Shown here one piece after another: positions 42,101 through 54,100 of a stretch of 58,264 bases of DNA. Each line of letters begins with the position of its first letter. The stretch's first letter is position 1. The position numbers and the translations under genes were made by a program. The notes under the pieces are model-generated. The model was not told where the DNA came from. It did no database searches and worked only from the letters and a program-made list of their open reading frames with translations. The stretch lies in contig JBNJFB010000010.1 of assembly GCA_051746405.1 (NCBI GenBank), positions 1 to 58,264 of the forward strand, in the 5' to 3' direction. The stretch is from Campylobacterota bacterium (GTDB lineage: Bacteria > Campylobacterota > Campylobacteria > Campylobacterales > Arcobacteraceae).

Positions 42101-45100
42101 CTTACAACTGCTTCAGGCTTAAGTGTTGGTGGATATACAAGTGATAATAGTGGTGGAACTATCACTATTGATACTGTTGGTGATATAGAAGCTATAGGGA
42201 TGATTCTCTCAGGTGGAACAGTTAGACAAACTTTTGATAGTGATGGAAATTTACAAGATGAGACTATTACTTGGTCAAATGAATATTCAACTGTTGATAT
42301 TACAAGTTTAGGAAAAGTCTCAATTGCAGGAGATACTTTAACAACTAGTGGTGAAACTGTAGAAATAGGTGGAACAGTTAGAGCAAATAATGAGATAAAT
42401 ATCACAGGTGGTATAAGCAATGACCATATTGGTATCTATCTTCCAGGTGGTGCAAAACTAGCCACTAATCACCAAGATGGAATTATTAATCTTAAAGCAG
42501 ATGATGACGCACTTATTTATGGGCTTGTAGCTTCAGGTGCTTCTATAGATACTTACTACGATACAAATGGAACAACTTTAGGAAATATTATAAATAGTTA
42601 CGGTGGTAACTCAAAAATAATTATAGAGTCTAATGCTCAAGTTGAACTAGGAAGAGATTTAGTAGCGGGAGCTCTTATAGATGTAAGAGGTGGTGATGGT
42701 ACACAAAGAGATGTTGATGATATTTTAGGTGAGAGTGGATATACCTTTAATCTAAAAGATCAAGGTGTAGTTATCGGGGCTGGCCTTGGTATAAAAACAC
42801 TTCAAGAAAACAGTACTATAAATTTAAGTTCAAGTGGAGATTTAGCTATTTTAGCTCCTGCGTGGAATGAAGAGCTTTTAGCAACAGGGTTTATTGAGTA
42901 TGCTACAGGAAAGCTCACTAGTGATGTGACTATAGATATGGTAGTTGATTTAGGAACTCATAAAGTAAGAGGAAGTGTGTCTATAAATAGTGAGGATACA
43001 CAAGATAATGCAGGAGTAAGTGATCTAAAATCAGATATTCAAGCTGCATTTAACTCCACTTCATTTAGTGTAATAGAGTCTATATCAGGTGATCCAGCGG
43101 TTGATTCTACACAAACTATAGAAGATAAAGTAACTTTTAGAGTTGTTGATGGCAGACTTATGCTTACAACTGATTACAAAGTAGAGCTTCTATCAACTTC
43201 ACAAAATATAGAAAAACTTGGATTTAGTAGTGGTGTGGATTTAAGCTCAAATAGTTCAGTAGCAATAGATGCTTCACAAAAAGGCTCAACGGTAAATCTT
43301 GGAAAAGATGGCTTAGAAAATGGCTCAATCTATCTTTCAAACTGGGTAAAAGGGTATGATGGAGTAAACTTTTATAGTGGAGATAAGCCAGATAGTGGTA
43401 ACCAAAACTTCTATTTTGGAATAGCTGGAACTATAGAGACTATGTCAGGTGGAATATATTTAAACCCTGGAGATAATGGTGTACTACTAGGTGATCTTAT
43501 AGCTCGTGGAAAAGGTGCTGATATTATTATTGAGTCAAAAGATACCTTGGAGATAAGAGGAAGTTTAACTGCACAAGATGATATTAGCATCAAAGCAGGT
43601 ACTACTTTAAGTCAGGGTGAGGTGAGTATCACTACTTATGGAACAAGCTCTATTACCACCCTTGATGCAGGAGGTCAAATAACTATTGAGGGGTACAACG
43701 ATGTAGTTATCAACAGTACTATTGGAAAAGATAAAGATGATGTGGTCAATACCAATTTAGAAAAGCTTGCTATCACAGCACTTCATGGGGATTTGACTAT
43801 TGCAAAAGAGTCAGGATATATCCATACAGGTGCAGAGCTTATCTTTAGTGGGAAAAATATAGACGCACAGGGTGTGATAATCAGTGAGAGAAATACCCCA
43901 TCTATTTATGACAATGAAGTGAGCTTCATCGCCAAAGAGGGTGTAAACTTAGGGGGTGCATTTACTCTAGATGGAAGTATGAAGGTTAAAACCGTTGAGG
44001 ATATCAACCTAAGCAATATCCGAATGATGATAGAGAATCCAAACCAACACCTCATACTAGAATCTGATGCAAATATCTATTTAGGAGATATTGAACCCCA
44101 AGATGGTGTTCAAAGTGATGGTGCGGTGGTTCTTTATGGAGATGGATATATCGAAGTAAAAGCATTAGGGGATATTTTTGTAGGATATGATGCCCAAATC
44201 TTAAGTAAAAACGAAGTAAAAATAAAAGCAAACAATCTTGTAGCGGTAGGAAGTATCCGTGCAGGATATGTGTTTGATGAGCAAAGCAATAGTGCTGTTT
44301 ATGCCCAAGCAGATGGAAAAATAGATATCAAAACTGATGGAAGTGTGATATTAGGTGGAGAGGGCCTTGATGTAAATGACAATTTTGCACTTATTAATTG
44401 GGGTGCAAATATACAGTCCACAGGAACAGCATCTATTATCACAGGAGAAGATACCAATAGACACGGCTTAAGTGTTTCAAAAGAGAGTTTGATCCAAGCA
44501 GATGAAAGTCTTAATATAAGAGCTGATGGCGATATACAAATATATGGAAACATCAATGCTTTAAATGATGGTGCAGATATAGCTATGAAAACATACTCGC
44601 TTCTATTTGTTGATGGGGTGATTCATGCAGATGAGAGTGTGGTATTAAATGGTGGCACAAGCAGTACAGGTGCGGGAATTATTATCAATGATTTTATTAC
44701 AGATAGTGAAGATAATTATATCTCAGGTGGAAGTGTAAAAACAAACGATGGTGGAACTATAGAACTCTATGCTCAAGACTCTATAATAGTTCGAGGAAAT
44801 CTGGGTGAAGCGTCTTTGGTAGATGAAGAGTTTATAGCTTCAACCAAGAGTATTGTTATGCAGACACTTGCTTCAGATATAACGGTTACAGGTGCTATAA
44901 ATGTACAAGATACTCTTGAAGCAAGAGCAAAAAATATCAATATCTTAGAAGATGGATATATTATCGCAAGAGAGAATGGCTCAAGTGTTACTCTTAAAGC
45001 TACGGATACACTCTATTTAGCTACAGGAACAACAGATGCAAATCCAGCACTAGTACAAGCAGATAAAAAAGTACACTTAATAGCAAAAAATGCAAGGCTT

Positions 45101-48100
45101 TATGGTGTAGTAGAGACTACAGCTGATGACTCAAGAGTTCTTGTTAGTGTATCTCATGAGGCAATTATCACAGGTACTTTAAAATCACAAAATAATATAG
45201 AGCTTAATGCAGGTGTTGATATAAATGAATCATATACTGTTTTAGAAGGTGAAATTTTAGAAAACTCTTTAGATGCTACAGGCTCTATTCTAGTATCAAA
45301 CCAAGGGGTACTAGAAGCAAGTGCAGATATAGTAGCCCAAGCAGGAGGTGATATCACTGTAAAATCTGATAGTTCTATCTCAGGTGAAGTAACAGTTGAA
45401 ATTCCAGTGGTGACCACATACACAAAAGAGTTTACTATCATTACAGGGTATCAGCAAGTTTTTGCAGGTCAAATAGATGTACCTCAAATCTCATGGGTCG
45501 CTACAAGACTTACAGAGCAGGTCGGAGAAGAAGAGGTAGTAGTAGGTAATTACTATATCACTATGGATACTACTTTGGAGATGGTGGGGTATTATAATCC
45601 AAATGCAGCTATGGGTGATAGATTTAAAGAGATGCTTATAGAGGGAGTTGACTACTTAAATGACGATGTGGATTGGAACAAAGCTGGAAATGATGCTATG
45701 CCAAATAGAACCTCTGAAGCTGTTACGAGTGACTATAAATCGGAGGAGTATAAAGGATTTACATCTCTTAATGATGCACAAAAGCAAGCTGTTTTAAATC
45801 ACAAAGGCTATAAAGCTCTTTTTGAGTTTAGCTATACAAATGCGCAGAAAAAACAAGTACTCAATGGAACCACAACCACAACTGCATATACTCCAGAGTG
45901 GAAAGATAATGAGGAAAAAGTCTATAGTATCCAAGTGGATGGCTGGAAAGATAAGTTTATCATGATGCCAGAGGGTGCTCATGAAGATATACTAAGAGTT
46001 GTCTCTCAAGGGGAAGCGACCTATTTAACAGGTGATACTACTGCTACAGGAAATACAGGAAGTTGGAAAAGTGCTAGTGATGCAGGAGTAAAATTTGTCA
46101 ATAATTCAGGCAATGAAAAAACAACATTTACCAAAGGAAATGATGGCTGGACGAATAATGCAATTATAAACTGGGAAGACTTTGGTGCAAGTATCCCTAT
46201 GAAATATACTAATGGTGGCACAACCCTTACAGAATTTAGCAAAGATATCTTTGTAGATGTAAAAATAGAAGATTTGGTCAATCAAATAAGTGTTTCAGGT
46301 ACAAGTTATAATGGGCAGAGTATTAACTGGACAAATTATGGTGCAACTACTCCTACAGCCAATACTGCATTTGCAGATTTAGATTTCACACAACAGTATG
46401 CTGTTCTTTTTGAGTTAGGACACTATAAAGAAGAGCTAGTTTTAGGAACTGATTATAACAATGAAGATATTCCGTGGGAACAGTTAGACGCAACTATACC
46501 TAATGATAATACAGAGTATAAAGATCTTAATAGTTCACAAAAACAAGCGGTTATAAAAGCTTTAGGATACTATATTCAAGAGATAGATTTTGATAATCTT
46601 ACCTATGCAGCAAAACTCAAAGAAGCTACAAAAATGGGTTATGATGCAAGTGTTGATGAGTCAAAAGATTGGAGTGATCTTAGTTTTGCTCAAAAAATAG
46701 CAGTTGCAGGTACGCTTGGCTATAGCTATGATGCAAGTGGTGTTGGTGAGTATGTGGGAAGCTACACAGACTATGCAAAAGTGGATTATGAGCAAGATAA
46801 GTCAAACTTTAATGGGAGTGATAAAACATACGACGAAGCAACAGATAAAAATAATAGCTCTAGATGGGACAATACAAGTAGCTACAGAACCTTTGAGGGT
46901 GTAACTGATGATGATAATAGTGAGGGAAGATGGAGAGTAGATTATGATACCTCTGCAAAACAAAACACAAATGCAATCAGTGACAACTACACAGACGGTA
47001 CAGGTTATAGGATGTATGACCTTGATGGTGAGAATATCGCTGGAAATAGGGACATTAGAGAATTAACTGCAAATAGAGATCCAGACTGGACATGGGAATC
47101 AACTGATATGACAAGTGATACAAGTGGAAGCTATGCAACGGATCCATTTAATAATGGTCAAAGATATACAGACTTTATCTTAGCTTTAGCTACATACAAT
47201 GCTGCTTTAGATAACAATACAGCTTCTTTAGTAGAGCTTAGTAAAACACCACACTATCAACAAGTAGTTGGAGAGTTTAAAAACTGGACAAATTGGGCTA
47301 ATGAACAATCTGTAAGATACTACTCGAATGCTTCAGGGAATGGCTTTGAAAGTTTTGATTGGAAAGATGGTGTAGAGGGCTGGGGAGAATCTGATTCACC
47401 TAGTGTATATGCATATCATACTGCATCTGATAAAGCAGTTCAAACAAGTGGATCATATGATAGTAGTAAAATAGACTCTATGCGTTGGCATGCAAGAACA
47501 AGTGTAGAACTCACCACTATAGTGACTGAAACATGGAATGATTATAAATACAAGTGGACTTCAGATACTCATGATATGTATGACAGCCGTATCAAGCTTA
47601 ACTATCAGCTGGTTACTCAAAGTTATGATATCGTTGACTTGCGACCAATTTTTGAGACAAAAACAATTGAAAAAGAGCATATTGAATTCTCATCTCAAAA
47701 TGTATGGGAAGAGGAAGCTATAACTGATACACAGACCAAAACCTATACTCAAACCGAGTATGAAAATCTTGATATACGAGGGGGTGATTTTGCTGGTGAG
47801 ACACTCAGTGCTACAAATATCACCCTAAGTACAAAAGGAGATACAAATATCATAGGGGCTGTGGATGCAAGTGGTGACATCACTATCGATGCAAAAGGAA
47901 GCGTCAACCTCAAAGGGACAAAAGCCCATGGTGCAAATGTAGAAACTACTAGTACTATTGACTCAATCAATATCACTATAACAGCACAAGACAAGCTTAA
48001 TCTCTCAGATTCTGTGAAAATAACAGCAACTAATAGTGCAAATCTAAATGCTAAATATGATATGACCCTTGGTGCTGAGGCTTCAAACCTTGGTATTAAA

Positions 48101-51100
48101 GTAGTCGAAGATGATAGTGTGAGCGGATACACCTATAGGGCTTTTGAACTTGATGCAAAAGATATCAGTATAGTATCAGGAGCGACTATCAAGCTAAGCG
48201 GTGCAATCACCGCACAAGAGAGTATCACTATAAATGCAGGTGATACACAAAATATAGGAAATATAGGCGATGGCTCTATTATAGGAGATTATGAAGCAAA
48301 ACTAACAAGCAGTGATATATCTCTTCATGCAGGAGCAATAGGCGGAGATGTGACTTTTACAGGAAGTTCTCTATCGACTGACAATACAATCTCAATAGAA
48401 GCACAAAGTGGAAAAGTAACTCAAAGTGTAGGAGTGATGAGTGCAAATATTTTGGATATCAAAGCCCAAAGTGCAATCAGTACCAATACAAGTGTAGATG
48501 AGGTGAGTCTAGAGCTTAATGATAAAGGAGATATAGCGCTTATAAATAATAAAGATATCACCATCACAAGTGCAAAAGCTGTAGATGGGGCTATTGCGTT
48601 TGATATTTTTGGATCTGCGGTCGTAAAAGATACACAGACTCTTGGTACAAATGATAGAAATGACTTTATGCTCAATACATACTCTATAGGTGGAGCAAGT
48701 GCAGATGCAACCCTAGAAAACATCACACTAGGAACAAGAGGGGATGTGATCCTCTCTATCCAAGGAGATGTGACTTCACAAGCAGATACTCTTATCATAA
48801 GTGATGAGCTAATAGTGGATGCCATGGGTGAAATATCTCTTTTGAGTGAAGTTGCAAGAGTGACTTTGAGTACCTCTACTATAGGGGATATTACTATTAC
48901 CCAAAGTGGAGCAAAAGCTCTAAGAGTGGATGATATCTCTGTTTATAATGGTGACTTAACACTTATCTCAGATGGTGCTATAGATATAAGAAATATCAAT
49001 AGCAAAACGCAAAGTAATTATGATGAAGACACTAGTAATTGGATAGATAATCTTATCACTATAGATAATAGTGGCGGAGATAATAAAAATATTACTATAG
49101 ATAGTATTATATTTGGTTCTTACGAGATAGTGGATGGGGAGTACTTTAGAAGCGAGTATGATGAAGATACAGACAAATGGAATAGTGTAAAGTTAGACTC
49201 CATAGACACACTTGGTGACATAGTCGTACAATCAAGCGGACTTATAAAAGGGGTTGCAAATCAGTTAAATATAGTAGCAGATAGTGTAACACTAGAAGCT
49301 AAAACCGGAATAGAAAATCTCACTCTTACAGCCAATGAACTTACAAAAGCGGTTACAACAGCAGGAGATATCACTATTTATGAGCAAGATAGAGATATAG
49401 ATATCACTACAGGACTTGTCATCAAAGAGGTAAGCAGTGCTAAGAATAGTAACTCTTTTATAAATATCGTAGTCCAAAATGAACTTTTTGTACAAGAGGA
49501 CTCAAAAATCACTGCAGATACTATAAGACTAGAGAGTTTAGACTCAAGTGTAGTGGTGGCAAAACCTACTACTGGGGATTCTCTTGATTACACTACAGGT
49601 ATAGGGTTTGCAGCTGCAAATGTGGTCGATCTATATAGATTTTTCAATGCTAGTGGTTCTATAGAGTACCGTGCTGGAGATAAATTTCAATTTGGTGAAG
49701 ATGAGGCAAAAAGTGCACTCCTTCCAGGGGATATCACCTCAGACTCTATCATCTTAGAAACCGGTTCAACTCTTTCGATTGATGGAACACTTACTGCAAA
49801 AAATTATGTGGAGTTGGTCTCTGGACAAAATATCAATATCACAGGAGATATAGTTCATACAAGTGGTGGTTACATAGGTGAAGTGAAAATCACAGCCCTT
49901 GGTGAGAGTCAAATAGAAAAGGTAAGTAAAGGTGGTGAGTTAGTAGATACAGGATATGTGGTGATAAATACAGATAGTCTAAAATCTACAAACTTTGAAA
50001 TAAGAGCTAAAGAGGATATCGCTATAAACTTAAAAGAGAGTTTTATACTTTCAGGGTTTGTAGGAGGTTTAGAGGGCTTTGATTCTGCACAAAACATCAC
50101 TATCAGTCTTGATGATAAAAATGATGCAACACAAGAAACACTGACAGTAGTAGGAGGTATTGTAGCCTCAGACAAAGCTATAAATCTCAATGCAACAGCT
50201 ATCAATAGTGATAATAGCTCAGTATTTATAGGAAAAGATCTCAAAGTGATCACAGAGGGTGGTATGCTTCTCAATACTCTTGTAGATACTATCATCGCAA
50301 AATCTACAAAAGAGGGAAATATCCTCATCAATGAAGCAGATGATGTGAAGCTTTATGAGATCTATGCAAATGATGGTGCTATAGATATCAGTGCAGGTGG
50401 AGATATAGAAGCGTATAGCGTCATCACCGCTGTAGATAGTGGTGTCAATACCGTTTTAACCAGTGATCTAAATAACAATACAGAGCTTATTGATGCAAAA
50501 GCAGCACTCGATAGTGCCACTGCTGCTCATGATAGTGCTGTTAGTGCTTATGCTAGTGTTCAAGATGCAGAAGATGCTTATAATGATGCTCAATTAGCTC
50601 TAGATAACATTGGTACAACCCAACAAGCGACTGACTTAACAGATGCAGAAAATGCACTTGAACCATTAGAGACTGCATACACAGCTGCACAAGAAGAAAC
50701 GGCTACAGCTCAAAGTGAGTTTGATAGTACTGAATTACGAGTTGAGGCTATTTCAAGATTAATTGCACAAGATATCATTAGTGGCTTTTACTCAGGAGAT
50801 GCAGAAGCTGCAAAAACCGCATATGAAAATTTTGTAGTTGAGGAGTCTAGGAATCAAGCTCTTATTGATGCAGAAACAGCATTGGTTGATGCAATAGCTG
50901 CTCTAGAAGCTATAGAAGACGGCGAGGATACGACGGATGCACAAACTGATGTTGATACTAAAACAGAAGAATACAATACTGCTAGAGAGGCACTTACTGC
51001 AGCGGAAGGTATACTTGGAAGCATACTGATTATAATCAATGACGAAACAGCTCAGGGGATTATTACAGATGAGTACGGTGGTAATACGCAAAGTGCAAAA

Positions 51101-54100
51101 ACCGCATATGAAAATCTAATTGCCGATGAAGAAGCGACTATTGCCAATAGCGAAGCTACAGAAGTAGAAAAAGCTACCGCGACAGAAAACTTGGAAAACT
51201 ATGAAAATATTTTAGCTGGGATAGTTCGCATATCTGTTCAGGGGATTATTACAGATGAGTACGGTGGTAATACGCAAAATGCTAAAGGGGAATATGAAAG
51301 TCAAATTGCCGATCAAGAATCGATTATTGCCGATAGCGAAGCTACAGAAGAAGAAAAAGCTACCGCGACAGAAAAGTTGGAAAACTATGAAAATATTTTA
51401 GCTGGGATAGTTCGCATAGCTGCACTCGAGGCAGCAGCTAATGACGAACTGCTTACGAATACAGATGGCTACAATGATAAAAAAACTGCCTATGATGAGG
51501 CAGTTGATGCAAATGATGGTGTAGAAGAAGCAAAAACTGCACTAGAAGCAGAGCATATCACAACACTCTCTACGGTGTATGATGCCCTCAAAGTAGAAGA
51601 TGATGCTTTAGAAGCAGCCAAAAGTGCAGAGTCTCAAGCTCTTTTAGATAAAAGTGAATCTCAAAGTACCTATGATGCCGCACTTGCTACATACGAAGCA
51701 CTTGAAACTCAGCTTACAAATGATAGAGATTATAAGCAGGGAGTTTATAATAGTATAGGGGATATAGCAGTTTTAGAGGAAGCGGTCACAACAGCCGAAG
51801 ATGAGATGAATGATGCTCAAAATACTTATAAAATCCGCCTTGCGGAAGCCGAGGCTGAAGAGGAGAGTGCAAGTGATAGTTTGAATACAGAGGGGTACAA
51901 AGCAGACTTTAGTGGAAACAATATCTTCTTAAGTGCAAGCGGTGATATCAAGGTTGACTATGTAGAATCAGGTGCAAACGCAGGGGCTGAAAAGTCAAAT
52001 ACCGTAGTGGTTATGGACTTTGCTGGAACTTTGAGTGAGCTTGTAGATGATCAAGACAAAGTAGATATTTTTGGAACAAAAGTATTTATCAAAGGTGACA
52101 CTTACACTATCAAAGAGATGACAACAGCAGATGATAGAGGAGATGGGCTTCATGATGTGGAGATCGCAACTACTTCAATAAGTGGTGGTATAGATGAGGG
52201 AGATACTACAGTAAGTGCAGATGGTGGATATGCAAATAAATCATACACAGATGATAAAGTACTTATCGTACCAGATACTCTAAGTGGTGATACAGAAGTT
52301 TCAAGTGATGGAACACTAACCGTTGCAAAATTCCAAACGCAAGGTAATGGTGAAGATGTGACATTTAGTGCAGGAGATGACCTTGTAATAGTATCTGAAC
52401 TTGATGTGGGAAGTGGTGCTATTGATCTTAGTGCTACAAATGGAGGAATTACTCTTGGTGGTCAAGTTACAGCTGGAACTCTTGATGTGGATGTACAAGA
52501 TGACTTCTCAGTAAAAAGTGCTGTTGATAACCTTGCTCTTAATGTGAGTGGAAGTGGTCGTGATGTAACTGTAGAGCAAAGTGGAAATCTAAATGTAACA
52601 TCTCTTGCTATGAATGGTGGGGATGTTGATTTTATAGTAGATGGTGATGTGACCTTTGATAGTATCACAGGTTCTATGGGTAATGTAAATATTACTGCAA
52701 CTGGAGATGTGATTTTAAGTGGTGCAGGAGCAGATGCTAGTGATGTAGTGATAAATTCAGGTGGTACACTTACTTTAAATCTTGATGCAGGTACTTTAAG
52801 TGTAGAGGTAAATGGTGAAGTAAATATCACAGAAACAGATGATGTGGTTATAAATAGACTCACTCAAAATGACACAACTCAAAATCTTACTATCAATGCA
52901 GGTGGAAAAGTTACTTATAATGACACTATAAAAGCTACACAAGATGCTGTGATAGACATGAGTGCAGGTAGCCTTGAACTAAATGAGTCAATAAATAGTG
53001 AAAATGGAGCTATTGATTTAGTCACTACAATAGGAGATATGACTCTAGGAGAAAATGCAGATATTACTAATAGTAGTGCAGATGTAACATTAGATTCAAC
53101 TGGTAAAATCACCATGACAGGGGAAACTGTAGTGCAGACGGGAGATGGTGTTTTAAGAATCAACTCTGGTGATGATATGACTATAGGAAAACTTAGAAGT
53201 GATTATGTGGGTGGTGATGCTATCATCTTAAATAGTAGCGATGCAATCTTTGATGGAAGTGATAGTCCAATAGATATCATAGGTGACCTTGTAAGTATAA
53301 CTTCTGTAAATGGTATAGGAACAGGTGAGTTTGGATCTATTGAGATAGATGTGAGTGAATTAACAGTTACAAATACTACAAGTGGTGGAATATATCTCAC
53401 ACAACTAGGGGAGCAAAATCTCATCATCAAAGGGATTGAGCAATCATCCCATGGAGATATAGAAATAGAGACACTCAATAGTGCGATTATAGTAGATGGG
53501 GATATAGATGCCCAAAATGGTGGCGTTTTACTCTATGCAGCAGGTGAAAATAGCTACTTTGAACTCAATGCTGATATTAATACCACTTCAATTGATGGCA
53601 AAACAGTTCATATAGTGACAGAAAGTGGTGATATCACTCTTGTAGAGGATATTCATCTTTTAGGTGATGGTGATATCACTTTGGAAGCTCTTGATGGAGC
53701 TATAGTGCAAAGTCTTGATACAAACGCTTGGCTTAAGTATGCAGATCCTGCTGATGAGTATGATTTTGATAAAAAACTTCTTTGGGTGATGGAAAACTTC
53801 AAGTTTGCTATTGATAAAGAGAGTGGAGTCATAGATGTAGAGGGTGCTATAGGGTTTGAAGAGAATGCTTACTTTGCAAATGATACTGTTATAAGAGCTA
53901 GTAGTGGAGCATATATCCAAACTACAGGTGGAAAACTCACCCTTGAAGCTAAAGAGAATATTGGTGGAAGATTGTCAGATGATTCATTTAGTGATTATGA
54001 GACATTGCAAGAGAAGCAGTTAAGAGAATCACTTGAATCACTTACTCTCTCACTTTTAGTAGATGCCCAACAACTTACTGTATATAGTGCTAATAGAGCT

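Noticed and set aside
47300..47495. Faint beta-gamma-crystallin-like wording (VRYYSNASGNG ... DSSKIDSMR)
   Set aside because: Too weak to call by eye; Greek-key spacing is not convincing.
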